Assembly: GCF_009914755.1 (NCBI RefSeq)
Contig: NC_060936.1
Strand: one strand, 5' to 3'
From: the human T2T-CHM13v2.0 reference genome, Homo sapiens
Length of the DNA stretch: 64,000 nt
Part shown: positions 31,420-44,871 of the stretch, piece after piece
How the letters are laid out: every line of letters begins with the position of its first letter
Position numbering within the stretch: position 1 is the stretch's first letter
The notes under the pieces: generated by a model
The model's database searches: none
Seen by the model: the letters and a program-made list of their open reading frames with translations, nothing else
Told to the model about the DNA's origin: nothing
Position numbers and translations under genes: made by a program

Positions 31420-32860
31420 CTAGAAAGAAGCAGAGGGCCAGATTACACAAGGATTTGAAACCATGCTATGGCTTTTTGAACTTTAACCTAAGGGTAAAGA
31501 AATGTCATTAAAAGGTTTTAAAGCATAAATGACATGACCAGATTTGCAATTTTAAAAAGATCACTCTACTTGCTGTGTAGCGAATGAATTAGAGAAGGGC
31601 AAGGGGGACAATGATTTGTAAGCTACCCAAACAACCTAGGCAAAGAGAATGGTGATATGGGCTAAAGAGACAATGGAGAGGGAAGAATGTATTTATGTAA
31701 CTATTTTATTTCTGAATAAATCTTCCTCTGTACTATAAACTCCCTGAGGGCAGAGAAATTACCTGTTGACTATCATGCTATCCACAGAAATTAGCAAGTA
31801 ATTGGCACACAGTAAGGACTCAAATGGGCAAATGGAAGTATCATTTGTGAAGACAGAAAACACAGGAAAACTCAGTTTGGGGTTTGTTTGTTTTTGTGCA
31901 ATAGAGAAGGATGAAGATGAACTCTGTTTTGGACAAGCTGAGTTTGAGGTAATGTCATATATTCAAGCAGGCAAATGGGTATATATGATACATACAAACA
32001 CACACACACGTCCGGGGATCAGGAAAGAGATTTGCGCTGAAGACACTAACTTGAGAATTCTGGGCATAGACGAGTAAATGGTAACGGACTTTATGAGAGG
32101 AGATAAGATTGCCTAGAAATATGTGAAATGAAAAGAGGGTGGAGATCACAGACCTCAGGGGCATTTAAAGGTTGAACAGAAAAGGAGAAGCTAAGGAAGA
32201 ACACTAATAGCGCTGGCAGGAAAGCACAGAAGAGTCCTTTAATAAAGCCAAGGGAAGAAGAGGAAGGTGTGGTCAAATGTGTCAAACATTGTTAAAAAAA
32301 AATAAAAAAGAAAAAAAGAAAAAAGTCAGGGAATGGGCAGATTTAAAGTATCCTTTGGATAAAAATAGTTTTGGTAGAGTGGGTGGGAGTGAAGCCGGAC
32401 ATGCCTTAGTTTGGATTGGGTTCAAGGGTAAGTAGAATATAAAGAAATGAAGTCAGCCACTATTAGACATCTTGCTCAAGAAATTGGCTACAAAGAAACT
32501 GAGATACATAGTTGCAGGAGTGGAACACAGTTAATGCTAAGTTCTGTTCCTTTGTTGTTACAGGTTGTGTATGTTTTACAGAATTTGATCTTAAGCATGT
32601 TTAAATGTTGATTGGAGGCAACCTAAAAAGAAGAAAAAGTAGAAGAAAAGGTAAGAATAAATATAAAAAATGAGCAAAGTCTTTGAAATGGAGCACAGAA
32701 GAAGAAACTCGTTTTGAAAAGAGACAGCAGTATCTCTTCCACTGAAGTTGTATACTAGAAGGAAGAACTAGTAAGGATGTAGGCACATTTATAGATTTGG
32801 TTACTGAAAATTAAGAGAGCTTACAAGTCATAGCTTCAAATGTGTAATGAACATGTTGAA
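31420..32860 (-). mobile_element. L2 fragments
   Basis: GACATGACCAGATTTGC...AAAGATCACTCT, TGTTTTGGACAAGCTGAGTTTGAGG, TGGTCAAATGTGTCAAA. Confidence 0.7.
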
Positions 32861-33680
32861 GTTTAAATTCTAAAACAAATCTGTTCATTGAGAATTTTTT
32901 TTAAGTTATGAGTTTAAGATAGACATTAACATATAAATTATATAAAGTAGCTGTCCTATCCCTCAACCTTAGATTTATAAGAAAAATTAAAACAATATTT
33001 AATGCCTACTATGTATAAGCCACTATGCTGTGGAGAACACAAAAAGGCTCTTTCCCCAGATACATGTATAGCCTGTTTCCTCTTCCTTTAGGTCCCTGTT
33101 CTCACATTCTGCTTTATTTCTCTCCATTGAATTTACCACCACCTGATACATTATTTTTGTCTTACTGTCCGTTTTCCCCCCACTGGAATAGGGCAGCAAC
33201 TTTTTCTGTTTTATTCAATACTGTATACCCAGCATCAATAATACTGCCTATAATGGATAGGGACACAAAATAAACTTTTGATTTAAGAGGCAACTTCTCT
33301 TCAGGAAGGTACTATCTGTTAAGTGAGAGAGAGATTATATACAGAATACATCCCTGCTATGGTCTGAATGTCTATGTTCCCCCAAAATTCATGTTAAAAC
33401 CTAATCCTCAATGCTACAGTATTAAGAGGTGGGGCATTTAGGAAGTTATTTGGTCATATGCATTGTACTGTCATGAGAGGGATTAGTGCCTGATATAGTT
33501 TACATATTTGTCCCCTTCAAATCCCATGTTAAAACTTGATCTCTAATACTGCAGATGGAGCCTAGCAAGAGGTATCTGAGTCATGGGGACAGACAAACAC
33601 AAAAAACTGGTACCAGGAATGGGGTGTTGCTATAAAGATATCTAAAAACATAAAAGCAGCTTTAAAACTAAAGCTGCTTA

Positions 33681-36600
33681 GGGGTTGCAATCCTAGTCTC
33701 TGATAAAACAGACTTTAAACCAAAAAAGATAAAAAAAGACAAAGAAGGGCATTACACAATGGTAAATGGATCAATGTAACAAGAAGAGCAAATTATCTTA
33801 AATATATATATGCACCCAAAACAAGAGCACCCAGATTCATAAAGCAAGTTCTCGGAGACCTACAAAGAGACTTAGACTCCCACACAATAATAGTGGGAGA
33901 CTTTAACACCCCACTGTCAATATTAGATCAATGAGACAGAAAATTAAGAAGGATATTCAGGACTTGAACTCAACTCCGGACCAAGCAGACCTAGTAGACA
34001 TCTACAGAACTCTCTACCCCAAATCAACAGAATATACATTCTTCTCACACCACATAGCACTTATTCTAAAATTGACCAATAATTGGAAGTAAAACACTCC
34101 TCAGCAAATGCAAATAACGGAAATCATAACAAACAGTCTCTCAGACCACAGTGCAATCAAATTCGAATTCAGGATTAAGAAACTCACTCAAAACCACACA
34201 ACTACATGGAAACTGAACAATCTGCTCCTGAGTGACTACTGGGTAAATAAAGAAATTAAGGCAGAAGTAAGTAAGTTCTTTGACACCAATGAGAACAAAG
34301 AGATAACATACCAGAATCTCTGGGACACAGCTAAAGCAGTGTTAAGAGGGAAATTTATAGCACTAAATGTCCATATCAGAAAGCAAGAAAGATCTAAAAT
34401 CGACACCCTAACATCACAATTAAAAGAACTACAGAAGCAAAAGCAAACAAATTCAAAAGCTAGCAGAAGACAAGAAATAACTAAGATCGGAGCAAAACTG
34501 AAGGAGACAGAGACACGAAAAACCCTTCAAAAAAATCAATGAATCCAGGAGCTGGTTTTTTGAAAAGATTAACAAAATTGATAGACTGCTAGACAGACTA
34601 ATAAATAAAAGAGAGAAGAATCAGATAGACACAATAAAAAATGATAAAGGGATATCACCACTGATCCCTCAGAAGTACAAACTACTATCAGAGAATACTA
34701 TAAACACCTCTATGCAAATAAACTAAAAAATCTAGAAGAAATGGATAAATTCCTGGACACATACACTCTCCCAAGACTAAACCAGGAAGAAGTCACATCC
34801 CTGAATACACCAATAACAAGTTCTGAAATTGAGGCAGTAATTAGTAGCCTACCAACCAAAAAAAGCCCAGGACTAGATGGATTCACAGCCAAATTCTACC
34901 AGAGGTACAAAGAGGAGCTGGTACCATTCCTTCTGAAATTATTCCAAACAAAAGAAAAAGACGGACTGCTCCCTAACTCATTTTATATGAGGCCAACATC
35001 ATTCTGATACCAAAACCTGGCAGACACAACAAAAAAAGAAAATTTCAGGTCAATATCCCCAATGAACATCAATATGAAAATACTCAATAAAATACTGGCA
35101 AACCGAATCTAGCAGCACATCAAAAAGCTTATCCACACGATCAAGGCAGCTTCATCCCTGGGATGTAAGGCTGGTTCACCATATGCAAATCAATAAATGT
35201 AATCCATCATATAAACAGAACCAATGACAAAAACCACACAATTATCTCAATAGATGCAGAAAAGGCCTTGGACAAAATTCAACACCGCTTCATGCTAAAA
35301 ACTCTCAATAAACTAGGTATTGATGGAACGTTACTCAGAATAATAAGAGCTATTTATGACAAACCCATAGCCAATATCATACTGAATGGGCAAAAGCTGG
35401 AAGCATTCCCATTGAAAACTGGCACAAAACAAGGATGCCCTCTCTCACCACTCCTATTCAACATAGTATTGGAAATTCTGGCCAGGGCAATCAGGCAAGA
35501 GAAAGAAATAAAGGGTATTCAAATAGAAAGAAAGTCAAATTGTCTTTGTTTGCAGATGACATGATTGTATATTTAGAAAATTCCATTGCCTCAGCCCCAA
35601 AACTCCTTAAGCTGATAAGCAACTTCAGCAAAGTCTCGGGATACAAAATCAATCAGCAAAAATCACAAGCATTCCTATACACCAATAATAGAGAGTCAAG
35701 TCACGAATGAACTCCCATTCACAACTGCTACAAAGAAAATAAAATACCTAGGAATCCAACTTACAAGGGATGTGAAGGACCTCTTCAAGGAGAACTACAA
35801 ACCACTGCTCAAAGAAATAAGAGAGGACACAAACAAATGGAAAAACATTCCATGCTCATGGATAGGAAGAATCAGCATCATGAAAATGGCCATACTGCCC
35901 AAAGTAATTAATAGATTCAATGCTATTCCCATCAAGTTACCATTGACTTTCTTCACAGAACTAGAAACAACTACTTTAAATTTCATATGGAACCAAAAAA
36001 AGAGCCTGTATAGCCAAGACAATCCTAAGCAAAAAGAACAAAGCTGGAAGCATCATGCTACCTGACTTCAAACTATACTACAAGGCTACAGTAACCAAAA
36101 TAGCATGGTACTGGTACCAAAACAGATACATAGACCAGTGGAACAGAACAGAGGCCTCAGAAATAACACCACACACCTACAACCATCTGATCTTGACAAA
36201 AACAAGAAATGGGGAAAGGATTCCCTATTTAATAAATGGTGCTGGGAAAACTGGCTAGCCATATGCAGAAAACTGAAACTGGACCCCTTCCTTACACTGT
36301 ATACAAAAATTCACTCAAGACGAATTAAAGACTTACATGTAAAACCTAAAACCATAAAAACCCTAGAAGAAAACCTAGGCAATACCATTCAGGACATAGG
36401 CATGGGCAAAGACTTCATGACTAAAACACCAAAAGCAATGGCAACAAAAGCCAAACTTGACAAATGGGATCTAATTAAACTAAAGAGTTTCTGCACAGTG
36501 AAAGAAACCATCATCAGAGTGAACAGACAACCTATAGAATGGGAGAAAATTTTTGCAATCTATCCATCTGACAAAGGTCTAATATCTAAAATCTACAAGG

Positions 36601-37482
36601 AACTTAAACAAATTTACAAAAAAAAAAAAACCCATCAAAAAGTGGGTGAAGGATATGAACAGACACTTCTCAAAAGACATTTATGTGGCCAAAAAACATG
36701 AAAAAAAAGCTCATCATCACTGGTCATTAGAGAAATGCAAATCAAAACCACAATGAGATACCATTTCATGCCAGTTAGAACAGCGATTATTAAAAGTCAG
36801 GAAACAACAGATGCTGGAGAGGATGTGAAGAAATAGGAACGCTTTTACACTGTTGGTGGGAGTGTAAATTAGGTCAACCATTATGGAAGACAGTGTGGTG
36901 ATTCCTCAAGGATCTACAAACAGAAATATCATTTGACCCAGCAATCCCATTACTGGGTATATACCCAAAGGATTATAAATCATTCTACTATAATGACACA
37001 GGCACATGTATGTTTATTGTGGCACTGTTCACAATAGCAAAGACTTGGAACCAACCCAAATGCCCATCAATGATAGACTGGATAAAGAAAATCTGGCACA
37101 TATACACTGTGGAATATGAAGCAGCCATAAAAAAGAATGAGTTCATGTCCTTTGCAGGGACATGGATGAAGCTGGAAAGCATCATTCTCAGCAAACTAAC
37201 ATAGGAACAGAAAACCAAACATCGCATGTTCTCCATAAGTAGGAGTTGAACAATGAGAACACATGGACACGGGGAGGGGAACAGCACATACCGGGGCCTG
37301 CCAGGGGTTGAGGGGCAAGGGGATGGAGACCATTAGGACAAATACCTAATGCATGTGGGGCTTAAAACCTAGATGACAGGTTGATGGGTGCAGCAAAACC
37401 ACCATGGCACATGTATACCTACGTAACAAACCTGCAGGTTCTGTACATGTATCCCAGAACTTAAAGTATTAAAAAAAAAGCA
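33681..37482 (+). mobile_element. 5'-truncated L1PA (probably L1PA7/8-age): most of ORF2 (disrupted), 3'UTR and A tail; antisense to CRY1
   Basis: ORF track fragments match L1 ORF2 ([47 protein letters not shown]). 17-bp TSD AAAACTAAAGCTGCTTA at 33664-33680 and 37483-37499, at a TT/AAAA site. Confidence 0.97.
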
Positions 37483-38707
37483 AAAACTAAAGCTGCTTAC
37501 AAGAGCTTAGAGAACTCAAAACAAAACAAAACAAAAACAAAAAACCTCATACACAAGAAAAACTTTAAAACTTTTTAGAGACTGGTTAAGAGGTTGTGAT
37601 AAAAATGCTGATTAAAATATAGACAGTAAAGGCCACGTTCATGAGATCTCAAATAAAATTTTTAAAAACTAAAACAAAAAAATGGCCACATTATATGTTA
37701 TGCTTGTTAACAAAAAACTTGGCTACATTGTATCCATGCCTAGGACTTTGTAAAAGGCTGAACTTAAGAGTAATGACTTAAGCTACCTGGCAAAAAAAAG
37801 TTTCTAAACAACAAAGCGTTCAAAAGGTGACATGGCTGCTTCTAACAGCCTACTATCAGATATGGGAGTTCAAAAAAAAGACAAAGTTAAAGCTAATAAT
37901 TAAGAGAAAAACAGAGCATACAAATTTGAAAAATTTACAACCTAACCATGTGGTAGAGGGAAGTTTTCAGGAGAGAAATCCAAACTACCTAGCCCCAGGT
38001 ACCAGGCCCTGACAGAACAGGTTGTTAAAGCAATTAACATGAATAGTTGTTAACAGTCAAGACAATGGGGAAAAGCCCCCAAGACATTCCAGAAATCAAG
38101 GCTACCCCTTCCATCACAGGCTCAGAGGCCTCCTCGGGCAAAATGGTTTGGGAGGCCAGGCCCAGGGTGTTGCTGCCTTGTGCGGTCTTGAGATGCTACT
38201 CCCCACGTTCTGGCTGCTCTGGCTGCAGCCAGGGCTCAAAAGGCCCCAGGTACTGTCTGGACTGCCACTCCAGTGGGTGCAAACCATAGGCCTTGATGGT
38301 TTCCAAGTGGTGTTAAGTCTGCAGGTATACAGAATACAAGATCCATGGAGGTTTGGCAGCTTCCACCTAGATTTCACAAGATATGTCAAGAAGTCTGGCT
38401 GTCCAGGCAGAAGCCTGCCACAGCAGAGCTCCTACAGAGAGATTCTACTAGGCTGGTGCCAAGGGGAAATATGGGGTTACAGTCCCCACAGAGAACTCAC
38501 TGTAGAGCAGCGGGAACAGGGGCACTGCCCTCCAGGACCCACAGTGGTGGCAGTCTAACTAAAGCCAAGAGAAGAAGAGAAAGGTGTGGTCAAATGTGTT
38601 AAATACTGTTAAGAAAAAGAAAAAGAAAGAAACAAAGAAAGAAAGAAAAAGAAAGAAAGGAAAAGAAAAGAGAAAAGAAAAAAAGAAAAGGAAAAGAAAA
38701 GTCAGGG

Positions 38708-39094
38708 AGTGGAAAGATTAAAAGTATCCTTTGGATGTAAACAGCATACACCCTCAGCCTGGAAAAGTGACAGACATTAGACTCCAATCCATGAGAGCAG
38801 CCATGTGGGCTATGCCCAACCAAGCCATAGAGATGCAGCTGCCCAAGGTTTTGAGAGCTCACCTCTTGGACCAGTGTGCTCAGGATGTGGGAGGGAGTGG
38901 AAAGTGAGGAAGTGGAAAGATTAAAAGAATCCTTTGGATGAAAACAGCACACACCCTCAGCCTGGAGAAGTGACAGACATTAGACTCCAATCCATGAAAG
39001 AAGCCATGTGGTCTGTGCCCAACCAAGCCATAGAGATGGGGCTGCCCAAGGCTTCAAGAGCCCACCTCTTGGACCAGTGTGCTCAGTTATGGGA
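38708..39094 (+). repeat. Diverged tandem duplication of about 185 bp (38708-38892; 38911-39094)
   Basis: AGTGGAAAGATTAAAAG...CACCTCTTGGACCAGTGTGCTCAG twice. Confidence 0.92.
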
Positions 39095-39397
39095 CAAGAG
39101 TCAAGCGAGATTATTTTACAGCTTTAAGATTTAATGTCTGCCCTTGTAGGTTTCAGACTTGGGTGGGTCCCTTTTTGTTGGTCAATTTGTCCCTTTTAAA
39201 ATGAAAATATTTACCCAATGTCTGTTCCACCATTGTATCTTAAAAGTAGATAACTTGTTTTTGATCTTACAGGTTCATAGCTATAAGGAATCTGCCTTGA
39301 GTCTCGGATAAGATTTTAGACTTTGAGTTGATGTTGAAACTAGTTAAGATTTCTGGGGACTTTGAAAGAGATGATTATATCTTACAATAGAAAAAAG

Positions 39398-39778
<381 letters not shown>

Positions 39779-40449
39779 TTATCCCCAATGTTGGAGGTGA
39801 GAGGTGTTTGGAACATGAGATAAGATCCCTCATGAATGGCTTGGTGCTATCACGTAATGAGTGACTTCTCACTCTATTAATTAACAGAACAATTAATTAT
39901 TAAAAAGAGACTGGTATCCCTCCCCTCTCTCTCTCGCCATGTGATATGTCAGCTCCACTTCCCCTTCCATCATGATTAAAAGCTTTCTGAGGTCCTCACC
40001 AGAACCAGAGGCTGAAGCCATGCTTCTAGTAAAGCCTGCAAAACTATGAACCAAGTAAACCTCTTTTCTTTATAAATTACCCACCCTCAGGTATCCCTTT
40101 ATAATAACACAAACAGACTAAGGGAGTGCTCTTATAAAAAGGGCTGCAGGAACTTGTTTACCCCTTCTGCCATGTGAGGAGACAGAGAAAGCATCGTCTA
40201 TTCAGCAGAGACACTGAATCTGCTGGTGCCTTGATTCTGGACATCTTCCAAAACTGTGAGAAATAAATTCCTGTTGTTTATAAACTACCTAGTCTAAAGG
40301 TATTTTGTTATAGCAGCTCAAACAAACTATTAATAAAACAATACTAACATTCACAAATGAGGGCAGCAAATGCTAAGAGTGATGTGAGGAGCAACAGCAA
40401 AAAGTGGTGCAAGAGTTCAGAATACTGCTAATCATCCCAGACAAGCACA

Positions 40450-40865
40450 GAGTTGTACAATCATCCATCACCTTCTAGAACAGTTTCATCATCTCAAAAA
40501 GAAACCTTGTGCCCCTTAGCTATCACCTCCCAACTCCCTAGCTTCCCCAGTCCTAAGGAGCCACTAGTCTGCTTCCTCTCTCTATACATTTGCCCACTGT
40601 GGACATTCCATATAAACAGAATCATATAACACATGGAATTTTGTGACTGGCTTCTTTCGTTTAGTTTGTTTTTAAGGTTCATTCATACATGTAGCGTATA
40701 TCAGTACTTCATTCCTTTTTATGGCCAAATAATATTCCATTATATGGATATACCATATTTTGTTTACCCATTCATCAACTGATGGCCATTTGGGTTGTTC
40801 CCACCTTTTGGCTATTATGAATAATGCTTCTGTGAATGTTAGTGTATAAGTTTTTGTATAGGATA
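40450..40865 (-). mobile_element. L1MB-like 3' end
   Basis: ORF track WEQPKWPSVDEWVNKIWYIH matches the L1 ORF2 C-terminus. Confidence 0.85.
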
Positions 40866-40950
40866 ATTTTTCTAAGAGATGCAAATTTTCATAAAGCTTG
40901 TAAATTTACCCAAATCAAAAACATGTTATTCTGAGACAATGTCCTTCAAA

Positions 40951-41132
40951 TTTTTTGTTGTTGTTGTTTGTTTGTTTGTTTTTTAAGAGATAGGGTCTCT
41001 CTGTGTACCCAGGCTGGAGTGCAGTAGCCCATTCATAGCTCATTGCAGCTTCCAACTCCTGGGCTCAAGTGATTCTCCTGCCTCAGCCTCCTGAGTAGCT
41101 GGGATTGCAGGCATGAGACATTGAGCTCTGCC
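40951..41132 (-). mobile_element. Alu monomer / deleted Alu
   Basis: Alu consensus match. Confidence 0.85.
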
Positions 41133-41623
41133 AAACTTTTTTTTTTTAAATATAAAACATCCTTTTTAAATGAAAGGATGGCAATATCAAAAAGTGGTTT
41201 TGTTAATGTGCTTATTAGGTAGAATACTATTTAAAATTTTGCTTTTCTGTTAAATCCAAAAGTCTAAAAAGTGTTGACCGAAGAAAATACAAGATAGCTT
41301 CTAAAGAAAACTAAGAGGGTTTTCCCCCTGGAGTTGAAATCACATATTGTAAACAGCAGAAAATGAAATACATAAGCCAAAAGGTAGATCTTGCCAGGCT
41401 AAGGAATTTGGGCATTATCCCATAGTCAATAAGTAAATTAATAAAGCTGTTTAAATATAAAATTATTGACTCCAAGATATCACTATATTCAACAAACAAT
41501 AATTGAGCTACTACTATATAAAAAGCACTGAATTTGGTACTATGAGTGATTCCAAAAAGACTTTTGCCTCTGACACTACCAAAACCACTCCAGATAAAAT
41601 TCCAAATGACCTAAAATTGCTAA

Positions 41624-42005
<382 letters not shown>

Positions 42006-42678
42006 CTGACCAAAATACTTTCTTTACTTGGCTTCTAAGACACCATACTCTTCTGGGTTTTCTTCTTACATTACTAGTGGCTCCTTCGCAGTCTCATATG
42101 CTGGTTCTTTCACAGCTCCACAATTTATAAACATTAAGAGTATTCAAGGTTCAGCCCTTGCACCATTTGCATCTCTTGTCTATCTCATTTTATTAATGCT
42201 GTCAGTCTCACGGCTCCACTAGAATGTAGCTCCAACAGGGTGAGAATTGGGGGCTGTTTTGTTTATACTGGATCTCTAGCACCTAAAACAGTGCCTGGCA
42301 TATAGTAGGTGCTTGACAAATATTTGTTCAATAAATGGTTGGATGAATAAATGGCTTTATATATTATCTATAAACTAATGAATTCTCCAATTTATACTTC
42401 CTGCCTGGATCTCTGTCTTGAGCTCCAGATACATCCAACTGCCTATTTGCTATCTCCATTTGAATGTGTAAAATACATCTCAAACTTAATGACTTAATGA
42501 AAGAGAACTCCAATCACCCTCCCAATGGCTTCTCCAGCTGGCTTCACTTTCTTAGCAAAGTGTAGCCCCATCCTTCCAGTTTCTCAAGCCAAAAATTTTC
42601 TCAAACAGTAACTAAACTGCTACTATATAAAAAGCACTGAATTTTGGTGCTTTTTATATAGCACCAAACTATAAGTCC

Positions 42679-42960
42679 TTTTTTTTTTTTCTTGCGACAG
42701 AGTACTCTGTCACTCAGGCTGGAGTGCAGTGGCACGATCTCAGCTCACTGCAACCTCCGTCTCCTAGGTTCATGCGATTCTCGTGCCTCAGCCTCCTGAG
42801 TGGCTGAGATAACAGGCATGCGCCACCATGCTCACCTAATTTTTATATTTTCAGTATTAATAGAGACAGGGTTTTGCCACGATGGCCAGGCTGGTCTCGA
42901 ACTCCTGGCCTCAGCCTCCCAAAGTGCTGGGATTACAGGGATGAGCCACCGCGCCCAGCC
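42679..42960 (-). mobile_element. AluS with left-arm deletion
   Basis: Alu consensus match. Confidence 0.93.
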
Positions 42961-44436
42961 TAACTCCTTTTCTTTCTCTCTCACTACATATCCAATCTGC
43001 CAACAAATACCCTGTATTTTGCCTTCAGAATATAACCAGCATCTGTTTATTTCTCACCACGTCCACGATTATTACTATGATTCAAGCCGTTATCATCTCT
43101 CACCTGGATGAATGCCAACAGCTTCTTAATTGGACTTCCTGCTTCTTGTCCACCTCCACTCCCCAATTCAGAACCACAAGCAGAAAAATTCTTTTCCAAA
43201 CTTATGTCAGATCACATTACTTCTCTGCTCATAATCCTGCAGTTATTCCCATTTCACTAAGTAAAAACCCAAATCTTGAAAACTGCTTATAAGGCTCTCT
43301 TCAATCTGGCCCTAAGTCAACTCTGACCTCATCGTCTACTATTTTTCCCTCACTTATTCTGCTCCAGACATACTGGATTCTTCTGCTGTTCCTTCCAAAG
43401 GTCAAGCATATTTCTGCCTTTTCCCTTACTCTTCCCTTTGCCTGGAATGGTCTTCCCTTAGATATCTGCATCCCACCACCTCCTTCAGGTCTGCTCAAGT
43501 GTCACCTTCTCTGTGACTTTTCCCCCGATCATACTTAAAATTGCAACCCCATCCCTACCCTTGTATTCTTTATCCCTTTACTCTGCTCTATTTTTTTCCA
43601 CAATACTTATCACCACCTAAAATACTACATATTTTACTTTCTGCTTGAAGACATGACTTTCTGTCTTTCACTCACTGCTATATCCCTAGCATTTAAATCA
43701 GTGCCTGGCACATGCTAAGTGATCAAGAGTCTATCTGTTGAGCTATGCTTTTATTTCCACCAGGGGGCCTAACAATCATGTAGCCTGGTGTTTCAGGAAA
43801 AGATCATAAAGCATCTCTAAGATTTCTTTCAGTGCTCTGATCCCTAGAAGGACTACAACTTGCCTAGAAAGAAAAACTGTGCTTTGTCTCGGCAACCACA
43901 AGGAGGAGTTGAGAAAAAGAACCGAGCAGAGAAACCAGATAATGCTGTTTCCCTTGCTTTTCCCACAGTAACCTCAAGGTGGAAGAACACTGGATCTGGA
44001 GCCTGCTGTACTGAATGAATGATTTTTCTCCATACTATGAGTTACCTAGACACAAACGTAAACAGGAAACATCACAATCCTTCCGAATGCCACAAAAAGG
44101 CCAAGGGAATCCATATACAATGGCCACTAAGGACAGGAAAGGTGTTTCTTTAACTCCAGCACTAAGAATTCTCCACAAATTCAGGGGAGGAGCTCCAGTT
44201 AGCACAGAAAGACACATAACTCACTGATGAAGACCGAGTGTTTCAGGTCGTCAGTACTCTTTGGCCAGAGAAGTATTAAGTCAATTCTATTTAATACTTA
44301 GGGCACCTAAAATTCGTAAGCGGTATAAGCAAGACAGTCCCACGTCTAAATTCACAGATTTGGCGGATCGCATGGAATTCATTAACATCAGACTCATTAA
44401 ACACCCAAATCCATTTCCCACGGGCTTGTGACTCAC

Positions 44437-44594
44437 CGCCACCTGTTGATGCCCACATTGGAGGAGCCGGCGAACCAGGGGTCCAGGATGTAGACGCAGC
44501 GGATGGTGTCGGCGCCCTGAATGCACTCCTTCAGGGCGGGGTTGTCGTGGAGCCGGAGCCCCTTTCGGAACCAGTGCACGGCGTTCACCCCCAT
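44437..44594 (-). CDS. CRY1: Cryptochrome 1, coding part of exon 1 (codons 1-52 plus 2 nt of codon 53; start of the photolyase-homology domain)
   Basis: Reverse complement from ATG at 44594 (context CCCGGCATGG, strong Kozak) translates [52 protein letters not shown](R), the CRY1 N-terminus with the family motif [15 protein letters not shown]. It ends at donor CG|GTGAGT (plus strand ACTCAC at 44431-44436). Length 158 bp, phase 2. Confidence 0.99.
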
Positions 44595-44628
44595 GCCGGG
44601 GGGCGCGGCGGGTCCTCCACGGAGAAAT

Positions 44629-44652
44629 TCAAGGAAGGAGGCTCCGGCTCAT
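44629..44652 (-). other. uORF2 in the CRY1 5'UTR, MSRSLLP* (7 aa)
   Basis: ATG AGC CGG AGC CTC CTT CCT TGA; the stop lies 34 nt before the main ATG. Confidence 0.75.
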
Positions 44653-44829
44653 AGCCGACACCTTCGCTTCCAAGAGAATTGCCTCACCCGGGGCGTGAGG
44701 AAAGGGCGGCAGAGGGGGAACAGGAAAAAATGACTCCGAGGAGGGGACCGGAGAAGGCGGGGGCGCCGGAGGCGCAGTGGAAAGATGAATGGAGGTTGCC
44801 TAGTCGGCGGAGTCCGGGTGTGACGCCCT

Positions 44830-44871
44830 TTAGGAGCCCGCGCCCGCCGCAACCGCCTGGAGGCGACGCAT
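44830..44871 (-). other. uORF1 in the CRY1 5'UTR, MRRLQAVAAGAGS* (13 aa)
   Basis: ATG at 44871, TAA at 44832-44830. Confidence 0.75.

Noticed and set aside
34108-37204. L1 ORF2 fragments as an active retrotransposon or gene
   Set aside because: No 5'UTR or ORF1, and multiple stops and frameshifts.
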